Part shown: positions 1 through 12,823 of the stretch, piece after piece
How the letters are laid out: each line of letters starts with the position of its first letter
Numbering within the stretch: the first letter of the stretch is position 1
NCBI GenBank assembly: GCA_013239625.1
Contig: MU054001.1
Coordinates: 3,884,167-3,948,166, forward strand
DNA from: Lama guanicoe
Taxonomy: Eukaryota
Length of the DNA stretch: 64,000 nt
Direction of reading: 5' to 3'
Position numbers and translations under genes: made by a program
Notes under the pieces: model-generated
Told to the model about the DNA's origin: nothing
Seen by the model: only the letters and a program-made list of their open reading frames with translations
Databases searched by the model: none

Positions 1-869
1 CCCTCCGCCTTGCAGCAACAGTTCCTGGTGGCACTTGGACACCATCCACGAGAAGACAGGCATGTGGCACAGACCGTGCAGGGCTGAGGTGGCTCTGAGC
101 AGGCGGATGAGGCGATCGGCCACCCCAGGCTCACGATGGCGCTTCCTCAGGTACAGTTCGATGCCCTCTTCCGAGAAACCCTTGAGGCTGAGTTCCACGC
201 GCACATGCTTCCTAAGGCCTGCTGACACCGCATCCGGACGGCTGGTCAACACCTTGTGGGCATTCTTCAGCAGGTTGCCCTGCAGAAGGTTGAAGAGCAA
301 GCTCTGGACAGACGTAGGGGTGGTGGGAGAGCAGTGACGCTCGCGATCCGTGAACCTGAACCTGAACTCATCAAAGCCATCAAAGGTTAAGAGGATGCGC
401 TCGGGATGGTCAAGGAGGACCTGGAAGATGTCCTGTTGGCCAAGGTCGGGCCAACAGCAGTGTTCAAAGAGCAGCATCTGCACGGACAGTGGTTTCGCCA
501 GGCACTGCAGCTGCCGGCAGCTGAATGGGAAGACGAAAAGGAATTCCTGGAAGCCCCGCCCCGAGGCCCACAGCAGGTGCAGCTGCTGCAGGAGCGTGCT
601 CTTGCCGCTGCCCGCCTCGCCCACCACCAGCACGGTGTCTGCATCTCCGTTGATGTGGCCTCTGGTGCTGAAGAGCTCCTCCAGGCGCAGGGTGGCAGGG
701 GTCTGCTGCGGAGGTTCAGCCGTGCCTGCCTCCGTCCGGATCTCCAGAACATTCTCTGTATATATTTCTTCCAGGCAAAGATTCTCTGCCCCATCGTAGG
801 TGCTCAGAAAGCGAGACTGAGCAGATACCGTGGTCCTCAGCTTGGTCATGTACTTTTTACAGGCGGCAT
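1..869 (-). CDS. NOD2: NOD2 large NACHT exon (exon 4 in human numbering), truncated by the window edge
   Basis: Acceptor ttcttccgtcttccag (AG at 870-871). The frame is open to the window start: (D)[39 protein letters not shown]...[13 protein letters not shown] (Walker A, 595-621)...[10 protein letters not shown]...[10 protein letters not shown] (Walker B)...ERHCSPT...[25 protein letters not shown]. Phase 1 matches exon 3. Confidence 0.98.
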
Positions 870-3094
870 CTGGAAGACGGAAGAAGAACCAGATGAGGCG
901 GTACCATGATGAAGATGAGGCCTGACCAGAGAGTGGACTGCCGGAGGGAAGGGGACGTCACATGTGGGCAAGAATGGCCGGCGGCACCCGTCCTGGCTCT
1001 CCACTCACAAGCTGTGGACTTTGAGGTTGGTCATGTAAACTTCCTAAGCCTCAGTTTTCTCCCCTGTGAAATAGAAGAAATGGTCCCTACCTTACTACCT
1101 TACGCAGGCAGGGACCCACGTGAAAAACCATGGATCAGTGAAGATAATACATTGTTTAGTGCTTTGTTCGGTGTCCAACACAAAGTGTTCAAAAGATACT
1201 ACTTAGCACTATTATTATTACTGACATCAGAAAAAGCTGTAGAATATTAGAAGGAGCACCACGCTGGGGTCAGAAGACCCACATTCTGATGCCTGTCCCA
1301 CCATATTGGTTTGGTAGCCTTAGACAAATCCCTTTACCAGTCAGCCTCAGTTGTCCTTCTAAAGGGAAACAAAAGATCTAAGGGGTTGGGAGCCCAGTTT
1401 CTTAAGTCAGAAACACCTGAGTTTGAAACCTGGGTCCACTACCAGCTGGGGCAGGTCACTCATCTCCTGTGGCCTCACTATTCTTCCCTAAAATTGGGGA
1501 CAATCCACACCTTCAAGGATTGTTTTATGAAGAAATGAGATAAAACAGAGCTTAGAAGAATGGTGATATACCCTCCCAAAATGGTGTTTATTATCATTAT
1601 TATTATTGGGTGTGGGAGATACAACAGTCCAAGATGTCCACATCCTAATCCCCAGGATCTGTGAATATGTTAACTTGCTTGCAAAAAAGACTAGCCAGAT
1701 GTGATTAAAGGCCCTGAAATAGGAAGTGTATCATGTAGGTGGACCTAGCACTGGATGGGGTCTGGGTCACTGAGGCGCCCAGGGCATGCCCTTGGACAAG
1801 ATTCCGTGATCAAGATCCACTTCCCCATCCTCTTCATACAACCCTCTGCAATAAAATGCTCATGTGTAGGATGTGTCCAAAAAGCTGCTGTTTTTTTCTG
1901 TGTTATCCTAACACTAACATGTGCAAACCACTCCCTGTGTCAGGGTTTAGTTCTTTTTATAGGAAATGGGGAAGTGATGGTCCAGAGCCCCAGGGTGATG
2001 TGACCTCAGAGCATCACAGCCCCACTGCCCCCAACCAAGTACTGGCCCATTTTTTCTCAACTCAAAGGCTAACCAACAGGAAATTTTCACAGAGCGTTCT
2101 CAGCACACGGAAGCTGTGTTTACAGTGGTCCAAAGGACGTGCCCTGTGATTGTGTTTCCTCTTCTGTTCCCAAAGCTAATGATTGGCATTGCTTTTAGCG
2201 CTGCTTGGATAAACCAGGAGCACTGAATGAAGACCATTAAAATGTATTTTTCCCTCTCTAATACCCTGATTTCCTATACAGGTTTCCCAGCTGCTACCAA
2301 TGCTATCAAAATTCTCCAGGAAAAAAAAATCTCTCATTTTAAAAATAAACATATATCGTCACCTTTAGAACTGTCACCCTGGGGGATTTTGCACCATGGC
2401 ACAGTGTTACAACGCATGAAGAGCCAGCTGTGCTTGATGACATCAATAGCAAACATTAACCAAGGGCCAAGCCGGCACCACACTCTGAGCTATGCATCCC
2501 CTGTCACGCACCGATGCCCGCGGTCTGTTCTCAAGTGAGATGGTGTACACCCAGGCGCCAAGCACAGGCTTTCGGGAATCCTCCCCATAGGCAGGCTCAC
2601 TGCCCAGAGGGCAGGGTCCAGGGTGATAAATCCACCTGCCAGCACCATGCACAGTTCAGGGGCCCTTGGTGCCAATGAGCCTTCCCTACAGTGACGTGGG
2701 AACAAGACATATCAGGCTTGCATCCTCTCTTTACAACTGACAATCTCTTCTCCTAAGAGAAAGCAGAGGAGCAGATGGTCTGAAACCAGATCCATCCTCC
2801 TCTACCTCGTCACTTGACCTCCCTGCCCCAGTCTCCACATCTGTAGGGTGGAGAAAACAATACCTAATTCTCAGGGTTGTCGCCAAGGACAGACATCAGC
2901 AATAAAGCACCTGGCAGGATGTCTGCGCTGTTCAAGCCGTGTTATCTAAGCCTCTCCCGTTCCTGAGTTGGGGAGGGGACCAAGTGAAATGTGAAATACC
3001 ACATTGTCTAAATCCATTTGGCTCCGGAGTTTCTGATGGTGAGTAGCTAAACTGCAGAGATCAAGTGATACCATCCATCAGAAAGTGTATCCAC

Positions 3095-3180
3095 CGGGGG
3101 AGGGTATAGCTCAGTGGTAGAGTGCATGCTTAGCATGCATGAGGTCCTGAGTTCAATCTCCAGTACCTCCATTTTTTAAA
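3095..3180 (+). mobile_element. tRNA-derived SINE (camelid Vic-1-like), short form
   Basis: GGGGAGGGTATAGCTCAGTGGTAGAG...GTTCAATCTCCAGTACCTCC with A/B boxes; perfect 13-bp TSD AAAGTGTATCCAC (3082-3094, 3181-3193). Confidence 0.9.
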
Positions 3181-3506
3181 AAAGTGTATCCACATCTTTC
3201 CAGAACAGATAACGAGAGTACGGCTAGTAAAGAGCACCTGAATTAGCCCTCGGTAGCTTCCTGCAGTGCAGGAAGAAATAAAAGCAAACCCTAATACTAC
3301 ACACAGTAATCTTGTTAATCCTTCTAATAGCCCAGTGAGCCAGTGGTGGTGTCACCCCTAAAATGAGGACAGCGAGTCTCAGGGAGGTTTGCACAGCCAG
3401 TAAGTGGGATTCTAACTGACGAGTCTCACGACGGAGTTTTTGTTCCCAGCCACAAATCTGAACAGCCTTTCTTCCCCTCTCTGATGAACTGAGAACACAT
3501 GTATAC

Positions 3507-3612
3507 CTTCAAAAGGCAGGGCCAAAGGGACGGGTAATTCCTGAACATGTTGCAGAAGGAAAGCAGCCAATCCGTTTGTCTTCACTGTGGCAAGATCGAG
3601 GAGCCTTCTTGC
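3507..3612 (-). CDS. NOD2: NOD2 exon 3 (end of CARD2), 106 nt
   Basis: Flanked by ttttgctttccccacag and gtatac; encodes [35 protein letters not shown]; phases 0 in, 1 out. Confidence 0.97.
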
Positions 3613-3842
3613 CTGTGGGGAAAGCAAAAGTCATTATTTTTCCAGAGAGGTGTGGGAAGGTTTCTATTGATTACAATGTTATGGGCATCTCTCTTCCACT
3701 GCAATAAAAGGTCAGAAAAACATCCAAACAACAAGATGCATTTAAAGAAGTCACTCAAGTATTGAATAGTGAAATGGACACTTGAATACACATATCCAAT
3801 CTGGCTGCCTCTCAAAACCCACTGGAAGAGTGAATAACTGAA

Positions 3843-3867
3843 ACACACACACACACACACACACACA
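3843..3867. repeat. (AC)n microsatellite in NOD2 intron 2
   Basis: Read directly from the sequence. Confidence 0.95.
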
Positions 3868-3989
3868 TACATAAACCTATGAACCTACAACGATAGAAAA
3901 AACAATTCTGGAAGCCAGAAATCACTTGGATGAGAGGTGATTTCATCGAAAGCTTTGAAATACCATGTCTGCACATGACCCCCACATTC

Positions 3990-5355
3990 CCCTCTCCAAA
4001 CTGAACTGTTCACCTGGAACTTGAACATGCACATCCACTGCCTATTGACCATCTCCACTTAGATGTCTTATCAACTTAACCTCCAACCTAAAACATCCAA
4101 AACTAAAGTCCTAATCAACATGCACATGCCAAATCCATAGCCTTCTTTGTCTCAGCTAATAATGTGACCCCCATCCTTCCAGTTGCTCAGCTCCAAAGCG
4201 TTGGAGTCACCCCTGAAGCCTCTCCCCTGAGATCCACCAACAACTCCTATTGGCTCCACCTCTAAAACGTATCCAGCACAGCACTGCTCACTGGAAGTAC
4301 AGTGCAGAACACAAATGCAAGACACATGTGCAATTTTGAGTCTTCTACTAGTCACATTTTTTACAGTCAAAAAAAAAGAAATTGATTTTACTATATCTTA
4401 CTTAACCCAATACAGCTATAATATTACCATTTTAACATGTAATCAATACAAAAATTGGTGAGCTATTTCACATTCTTTCTTTCATATTAAGTCTTTGAAA
4501 CAATTTTATTGTGGACCAGCCACATTTCAAGTGCTCAGTAGCCGGATGGTCTATGTCTACCATGTCGTATGCACAGCTGTAGAGCCCCACTCCTTCTTGT
4601 CACCTTCCACCATCCTAGTCCAAGCCACCATTACTGCTCACCTGGAAAACTGCAAAGCCTGCCTATCTGATCTCCCTGCTTCTGTCCCCAGACACACAAT
4701 CTACGCTCAACACCATAGTCAGAGTGCAATTATTTAAAAATGATAGCCAGGTCATACCACTCCTGTTACAAACATCCTAACAGTCCCAGCATTTTCTCAG
4801 ATTAAAAGCCCAAGTCCAGCTGTAATCTATCAGGCTGCAAACAGGCAAAAGTCCTGGCTGTAACTATCTGGACCACGCTGGTTACTTCTCTGACCTCACC
4901 TTTTACTCCTCTTCCCCTGCTCATTCCATTCAGCACACCAGCCTCTGGTTTCCTGAAAATATCAAGCATGCTCCCACCTCTGGGCCTTTGCCCTGCTGTC
5001 CCCCCAATTCGAAATTCCCTTCCCCCAGCTATCCACGTGACTCGTTCCCTCATCTCCTTCAAGAATTGCTCAAATTTCACCTCCTCAGTTCTCCCTGACC
5101 ACTCAGTTTAAAACTGCAATCACTTAACCACCATCCCCTGTAACTGTCAAGCCCCAAACCCACTCTACTTATTTTCTATGGTACATATCACTTTCTAACC
5201 TACTCTGTCATTTTTTTCTTTTGCTTATTGCCTATCTATCTCCCCCATCACTGGAATGTGAGCATCTCCAGGACAAAGATCTTTTTCTACTTTGTTTTGT
5301 TCTCTGATGTATCCCCAACACTTAGAAGAGTACCTGGCACACAGTAGGTACTCAA
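3990..5355 (+). mobile_element. L2 LINE relic interrupted by a MER33-like element
   Basis: L2-type motifs (catctccacttagatgtc, ccttccagttgctcag, gggcctttgccctgctgt, tacctggcacacagtaggtactc). Confidence 0.7.
4280..4580 (+). mobile_element. MER33-like hAT-Charlie DNA transposon
   Basis: acatgtaatcaata and agccacatttcaagtgctcagtagcc match the MER33 consensus as recalled. Confidence 0.7.
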
Positions 5356-5359
5356 AGAC

Positions 5360-5640
5360 TTGAAGAGGATGTGGAGAAAAGGGAACCTTTGTACACTGTT
5401 GATGGGACTAAACTGGTGCAGCTGCAATGGAAAGCAGTATGGAGATTCCTCAAAAAATTAAGAATATAACTACATATGACCCAGCTATTCCACTTCTGGG
5501 TATTTATCCAAAGAACATGAAAGTACTAATTCTAAAAGGTATCTGCATCCCTATGTTCATTGCAGCATTATTTACAACAACCAAGATATGGAAACAACCT
5601 AAGAATCCACTGATGGATGAATGGATAAAGAAGATGTCGT

Positions 5641-5703
<63 letters not shown>

Positions 5704-6060
5704 GGAATACTACTCAGCCATAAAAAAGAAATAAATCCTACTATTTGTGATAAGACAGATGGACCTTGAAGGTCTCATGCTAAGTGAAATAAGTCAGATG
5801 GAGAAAGACAAATATCATATGATTTCACTCATATGTGGAAACTTAAAAAATGAACAAACAAAATAAAACAAAAACAAACTCATAGACATGGAAAACAGAT
5901 TAATGGTTACCAGATGGGAAGGGGGTTGGGGAGTCGGCAAAATGGGTGAAGAGGGTCAAAGGTACAGTGATGGATAGTAACTAGGCTTGTGGTGGTGATC
6001 ACTTTGTAAAGTATATAGATATGATACACCTGAAACTTAATAGATAGATAAATAAATAAG
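5360..6060 (+). mobile_element. L1 3' fragment (ORF2 end and 3'UTR) containing (CA)n at 5643-5701
   Basis: YDPAIPLLGIYPK...PMFIAALFT..WKQPK is L1 ORF2 C-terminal sequence; ends in an aataaataaataa tail. Confidence 0.9.
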
Positions 6061-8746
6061 GTTCTATAATGCGAGAAGAGGAAAAAACAGGAAGGAAACA
6101 GCAATAAACTAATAAAGAAAAATTCCCAGAACATAAAGACATGAATTTCCAGATTCAAAATGCTTCTTGGGGACCTAGTACATTGGAAGAACACTAAGAC
6201 ACATAGCTGTGACATTTCAGAATGTTAGGGACCAAAGGAAATTTTTACAAGTTCCCAGAAAGAGTTATCATTGGTTTTGAAATTCTTCCAGCAATTCTTC
6301 TCTGGGAAAAGGTAGACAAGGGAGTAATGCTCTCAAAAATTCTGAAGGAAAATAATGGCCAAAATGGCAGAATTTTATACCCAGGAAAACTGCCAATCAA
6401 ATACAAGGGAACTTTTAGACATATAAGAGCTTAGAAATTTTAACTCCCATGCACTCGTTCTAAAGAACTGACTGGAGGACATGATCTACCAAAATAGAGC
6501 AAACCAACAAAAAGAAAGGTACAGGAGAACCAACACAAGAGGACCATGCAGGAAATTTCTGGATGACAGCTCCATACTACAAGTACAGGGCCACCAGTCC
6601 AGAGAGATCCGAGCAGTGTAACTCAGGATTCAGACATGTTAAGAACAGTTACCTCCTAGGTGTCCAGGCAGGCCTGGATCTAACCCTTACCAATACTTGG
6701 CTTGTCTGTACCATGGTCTACTATCATTCTTTCTTTTAGCCCATGTTGCCTGGGTCACCTAAGGACACTCACCTCACCCCACAGAACTGTTGAGCCTAGC
6801 CCTGGTCCTGCATGCTGGAAGAGCCACTGGCAAGCTTACAACTGAACATCCAGAGCAGCCCACTTCCTCTGATCATATTCCTGCTGGACACCCAGCCCCT
6901 GACTCGCATCTTCCCAACCGGATCCACCAGCTGGAGTGAGCCCTCCATGTCCCAGGACTCACTCATCACCTTGCCCACTGACTTCGCAGATGGGCCCTCG
7001 TAAACCCCCAGACCCTGTTCAGCCTCCCTGCTCCTGGAAGTCTTCATCTAAAAAGGAAAGACAATCCTGCCCTTTCTTGACACAGCTACGTGTGTGCTTG
7101 CTACTCAGCTTTTCAAAACAAAACTATCCATTGGGGATTTATTTTACCAGGTGTTAAAACTACACAGAAAAAAAGCAAAGAAATGATTAACACAAAAGTC
7201 AGGCTAGTGGCTTGCAACTGAGGAAGGGAACAGGTGCTGGTAACATCCTATTTCTTCACCTGGGTGATGGGAACATATTTATACCATAACATACGAGAGT
7301 AGATACTTTTCTGCAGGCGTGGGTACCTTTCCCCAGTTAAACATGCTAAGTTAAGATCCTTGTGAAGGAGCCAAGCCATTCCATCTGACACTCGCCCCAT
7401 CAACTTCCGCAGTTGCATGAGTCAGATGGGCAGCTGGTATCACAGCTGGTGTTTAGACTCAGGTTTGCTAACAACTGTTATGCCCAAATGAGTAAATTTA
7501 ACATGAGAAGCACCCGTGTTTCATGTCAGAGAGAGAGGACCACAAGCTTTGGAGACCGGTGGGCACAGATTCAGATTCTGGCTGGGCCACTTCTCAGTGG
7601 GTGACTTGGGCAGTTTCTGCATTGTTAAGGAAGAGTGTAGCCACACTACACCGGTGGAAGGCAGTGGTGCAGCTTAAATGTAAAGGGCTAAGCACGGTGC
7701 CTGGTACACAGTAGACACTCCCTCAGTAAATAGTACCGATGGGTAGTTAGGGATTTAGTTCTTTAACTTGAACTTTGTTTCATTTCACAGCATTTTTTTA
7801 AGCCTTCAACCTGCAATCCATGACAGCCACCTCTTCATAGGATATTACAAGGTCAATTTATGAGACTATACAAGGCAGTCCTGGATTAGCGGGGGAAGGA
7901 GTTGGATAAACCGCAGATACCACTCACATTAAATCAGAAGTTCAGCCACTGAAGGAAGGCCACCGAGTTAGAGAATCACAGAGAGCCAGAGCTCACAGGA
8001 GGCTCAGAGAGAGCTGGATTCTAAAACTGAAGTCTCAGGCAGCTCAATTCCTTTGCAAACTCATAATTCTCAGATTTCCTGTCTGCTGTCTTTCCACCTG
8101 CTCATCTCAGTGCCTATCCGCCATGTTTTTGCTGTCTACCTAGCCCTTTCATTAGCCTCATTTTAATGAGCTAATGGATTCTTTTCTCATTAAAACGAAG
8201 CCTTTCTTCTTTCCTAATATAAACATTTAAAGCTATAAATTTCCCTCTATGTTCTGTTTCAGCTGCAACCCATAAATTTTCATAAATCACATTCCTACTA
8301 TAGTTTGGTTCTGAATATTTTCTGATTCCCATCTCCTTTGATCCCTGAGTTCTCCTATTTTCTTTTCCTCATTCATCCAAATACTTCCTTTAATCATGCC
8401 TGTCCCCTCCAGGTCCTAGAGTTCTAGGCCACCTTCTCTAAACCCCAGAGCATTCCACACTAGATCACACTGTTGGACACTTGATCAAAGGTAAAAAGCA
8501 CATAATACTGTACATCAACTACACCTCAATTAAAAAAAAAAAGATGACAAGTGCAATCCTATAACCATGTGGGCTGATTCAATCCCAGCAACAGATCACA
8601 AAAAATACCAATTACACGTCTTCTGTAATTCCCACAAGGCCAGGCTCAAGGAGATGGTGCTTAGGGTACAACTGTAGGTTTCAGGTACACTAGTGAGAGA
8701 GGACCGCATCATGTCTACTCTATAAATACTTGGCCACCTTGAACCA

Positions 8747-8893
8747 GTTTTTTTTTTAATTTTTTATTTTTTTACTTTTATTGTGGGGGGAAGTAATTAG
8801 GTTTATTACTTATTTATTTAATGGAGGTGCTGGGGATTGAACCCAGGACCTCACGCATGCTAGGCATACACTCTACCGCTGAGCTATATACCC
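8747..8893 (-). mobile_element. tRNA-derived SINE (Vic-1-like), long form
   Basis: Same head on the minus strand, followed by the AAACCTAATTAC-C-rich segment and an A-rich tail. Confidence 0.85.
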
Positions 8894-9077
8894 TTTGGAC
8901 AGGCTTGTTCCATCAGCCTCAACTAGGCTTACCTAAACTCACTTGGACACCACATACATATTTTAAAAAAATAGATTAAAAAGAAAGGCTAGAAAGCCCC
9001 TAACCCAGATCATCTTATCACTCTCATGTTATTCTAATTCATTCATTCATTCATTCATTCAATAATTCATGTATTTC

Positions 9078-9230
9078 TTTTTTTTAAATTTATTTATTAT
9101 TTTCGGGTTTTTTTTTGAGGGGGAGGTAATTAGGCTTATTTATTTCTGTCTTAATGGAGGTACTGGGATTGAACCCACGAGCTGTGCGTGCTAAGCAGGC
9201 ACTCCACCACTGAGCTACATCCTTCCTCTC
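9078..9230 (-). mobile_element. tRNA-derived SINE (Vic-1-like), long form, inserted in an L2 tail
   Basis: TSD aa(t/c)aattcatgtatttc at 9061-9077 and 9232-9248. Confidence 0.85.
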
Positions 9231-10238
9231 TAACAATTCATGTATTTCATCAACAAGTATTTCTCGAGTACCTACTACGTATAATATAAGGTCTGAACAC
9301 AATAAGCTCTAAGACACAGCCTGGCATGTAGTAAGTATCAAAATAGATTCTGGTTGAGTAAATGAATGAATAAATTAATGACGAATGAATAAGCCAAGGC
9401 ACTAGGTCCAGAAGTGGCCCTCTCATTAACTACTGTAAGCTCATTCAAGCCCTTTTCTGGGCCTCGATTTCCTAATCCATAAAGTGGGGTATTAATGACT
9501 GTTCCACTTGCATCACAGGAGGACTGAGGTTCACTATTTGGGGGAAAATAAAACAAAGAGTTTCAGAAATACCCAAAAGACGCTCTTCTGTCCTTGTGGA
9601 ATAGGATTTTCAGAGGCAATTATATCCCAACTCCAAATGTCTATGATCTAATGTAATTTCATATTATAAATCCTATGCAGGCATTTAAACTATATTAGTA
9701 CATAGCATGCTATAGTAATTATTAAATACAGATTTGATAAAATGAATTTTGATGACCTGCTGAGCTGTTAATTTAAAGCAGACAGCAATAAAAGTGCACA
9801 AGTACATAATATCACTGAAAACAGAATTGACAGTAGCCAAAGGTAATGCTTATGAGTGTCTGCTATGTGGACACCATTGTGTTACACAGCTCACCTCACT
9901 GAATTCTCTCCAGAACCTTACTGATGTTTCACAGATGCAGAATCTGAGACAGGAGAGATTAAGGATGGAGAGCTTCCACAGAGAAGTCTGAAGTCACATG
10001 CCTTGAGCCTGTGTTGTCCCGACTCCAGAACCCACGACGCTGGCCACCACACAACACTGCCTCTCATCAGAAGTGGTATGATACCAGAAATCCAGAGCAA
10101 CTTCTCCCTGCCTGGCTACCTTTAAAGGGGGAGCACCACGACTCACGTCTCCCCGTAGGGCTGACTTCAAGAATTAGTCTTGGCAACTAAGCACCGTTTT
10201 CCTGTGAATTCTGATTAGCCAAGAGGGACACGCCTTAC

Positions 10239-10697
10239 CCGCTGGGATGACGTGAAGATAGGCAGCCGGATTTCATCACTTTCGTACTGGCTGATGAAAC
10301 CCCGCTCTTGCGTCCGGTCGAGCACACCCTCCACGTGGGTGTAGAGTCTCCTGACGATGGCTGGCCGGTGCCTCTGAAGGTCACGGGCTGGGTGGGGTGA
10401 GTGGGGGTCCCAGCAGTCAGAAAGCTCGGGGGGTTGGCTGTCAGCCTGGGCCTTTTGCACAGCTGTGATGAGTTGTTCACAGCCCCAAGCACCCTTATTC
10501 CAGACAGTGTCCAGGAGGCGCCTGGCCAAGTGGGAGAGGGGCTGGCCCAGGAGGCTGAACCCCTCATAGTCCTCCCAGGAGAGAACTTCCCAGGAAAGCA
10601 GCCAGTCCAGGATGCTCTCGAAGCCCTCCAGGGACCCCGAGACCAGCAGCTCCACCAGCTGGCTCCTTTGGGCCTGGAAAGCCTCATGAGAGCACAT
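10239..10697 (-). CDS. NOD2: NOD2 exon 2 coding part from the main ATG (CARD1 and most of CARD2); the exon spans 10239-10705
   Basis: [45 protein letters not shown]...[12 protein letters not shown]; acceptor ctcctccccag (AG at 10706-10707); donor gtaagg (GT at 10237-10238). Confidence 0.98.
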
Positions 10698-12621
10698 TTC
10701 ACAATCTGGGGAGGAGAATGAGGTCGATACAGGAAGGACTTCTCAGGAAGCAGGTGGGGGGCAGGGAAGAGGGCAAGTCAGCTCCCCAACCCCAAGTCCA
10801 AGCCAGCCCTGGTTCTACCCTCAGACATCACCAATCCAAGCTGCCCACTGTACAGATGTACAGACTGAGGACCAGAGAAGGCAAAAAACTAGCTCAAGGT
10901 CTTGCAGAGGGTTTGAAGCAGTCAGGAGTTAAATCAAGGCCCCTGGCTCACACATCTAGGCTTCAACCCTTGTTTAAGAAGTTTAAAAAGGCTTGAGCTA
11001 ATATTAGGAACAATGTCTCCCAAAGGACCAGAGAATCTATCCTCTTTGAGGCCGTATGGCCCGTAGGGCCTCTGGCCCTTCCATGCTGGTTGAACTCAGG
11101 CTATGGCAGCTCTCTCTTCAATAATAGCTAATACATACTATCCACATGCTATGTGCCAGGCCCCATTCTAAGTGCTTTCACATGTGACTTCATTGACCCC
11201 TCCCAACCACTCTGAAGTAGGTACTGGGAGAAGTCCCATTTTACAGATGAAGAAACTGAGGCACAGAGAGGCTAAGTGGCTTGGACAAAGACAAGGGTTC
11301 AAAGCTAGATGAGGTAGAGCTAGGCTTTGAACCCAAGCAGTGCAACTCCAGAATGCATGCCTTTAATTCCCTTCTATTTGGGTGCCCCACAGGAGCCCGA
11401 GCCCATGACTCTGTAGGTAACCCACCACTACCCCACGGGGCAGACCCAGAACACTGCTATAAAGATCTCCCCCAGGTGAAGCAAAACTCATGGTACAAAC
11501 TAAGTCACTTCAAAGCTTATGGGTGCACTGATCCCAGTTCACTGCCCCTTCCCGAAGGCCCAAGCCCTCATATCCCCCCGCAACTCACCAGTCACCACTG
11601 CACACTATGTGCTGTCACCTCTGTCAGGGGCTTACTCTGGGCTCAGCCATCAGACTCAGGGTTCTGGAGATTTGCAGGAGGCGATCTCATGGAGCTTCCA
11701 GCCCTGGGAGTGTCCCCATGAGGCAGAGAAAATCTCAGCAAGGTCTATTCTGCGACTGTCACGGAGTCCAGGGATGTGGGCTGGTGTGGTGCCCACAGAA
11801 AATGAAAGCGAAAGGACGTAGGCATGGAAAGAAGAGGAATGCCAGCTTCTTTCTACAAAACAGGGACATTCCAAGGTACTCAAGGGAGCAGACGCCAAGG
11901 AGCCTGGAGCGACTGCATCTTTCTTATTGGTTGTTTATGTGTCTAACTCCTTTCCTGGCCCAAGTTGAAACCTGGGTCTTACTCATCCTGGCACCGCTAA
12001 GCTTGGCACAGGGCTGGGCCAAGGGGAGGCTCGGAGGGAATGTTCATGAATCAGAACATCTACTGCAGGAGGGGAGGGGCTGGAACATTCTGTGCCTGTC
12101 CTCGCGTGCCAGCCAAAGTAAGGGAAAGGAGCAGTCCCCAGCTCAGAATGCTGCCAACACTTAGGTTGGAAGCCTTGTGCTGGCCAGAGGAGGAAACCAA
12201 GGCAATGAGGTGACCCGTGGGTCTGGCCACTTGGGAAGGAGGGCATCCCTGATGCAGAGGCCACCATAAACCTAGGAAGCGACATAATTCTCTCTGGCCA
12301 AGCAGGCCTCCTCCCTGTGTCCACTGCTAAGCAAAGAAGTCAAGAGGGTAGAGGTGGGGAGAGGGGAGAGGAGAGAACGGGGGGAGGGGGTAGGAGGAGC
12401 TCTGGGCTTGACCCTGGAGTGGTCCTCAGCTGTGGAAATGCCAGCCCCATCACCCCCCGTTCCCAGGTCCTAGGGAAAAGAACCACCCACCCCTCTGGAA
12501 ATAGCCCAGAATTTGGGTCAGAGCTCTCTCTCTGACCCAATGCCTGCAGGGCATGTGTACAGCCAGGAATGAAAGACATTGAAGAGTTAAGATGAGATAG
12601 GACAACACCTGCCCCTCTCAC

Positions 12622-12694
12622 CCAGAGGATGCCTGAGGATGGACAGCTGCTCTCTCCTCCACAATGGGAGAACCTGGACCACCCTGTCCCCCAT
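12622..12694 (-). CDS. NOD2: NOD2 proximal exon 1, potential coding part for a 27-aa N-terminal extension (MGDRVVQVLPLWRREQLSILRHPL-DCE)
   Basis: ATG at 12694-12692; 73 nt to donor gtgaga (GT at 12620-12621); splices in frame to exon 2 (G|AT TGT GAA ATG). The nucleotide sequence resembles human exon 1 and its 5'UTR as recalled. Confidence 0.6.
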
Positions 12695-12823
12695 CGAAGA
12701 TCATGAGGCTTGGGGAAGCAGGCATGGCCAAGTCATTTGCAGGCAGGCCTTGAGCAGGAAGGCAAGGCTGCGTGGCACAGGACTGGAAGGTCTAGATTGG
12801 CCCACAGACCCTACCTCCCTCCT

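Noticed and set aside
35..909. Plus-strand ORFs of 100-167 aa over NOD2 exon 4
   Set aside because: Antisense shadows of a GC3-rich coding exon; no independent homology or splice signals.
3096..3170. Possible tRNA-Ala genes (here and at the six similar copies)
   Set aside because: A-rich tails, TSDs and mutated stems identify them as SINEs.
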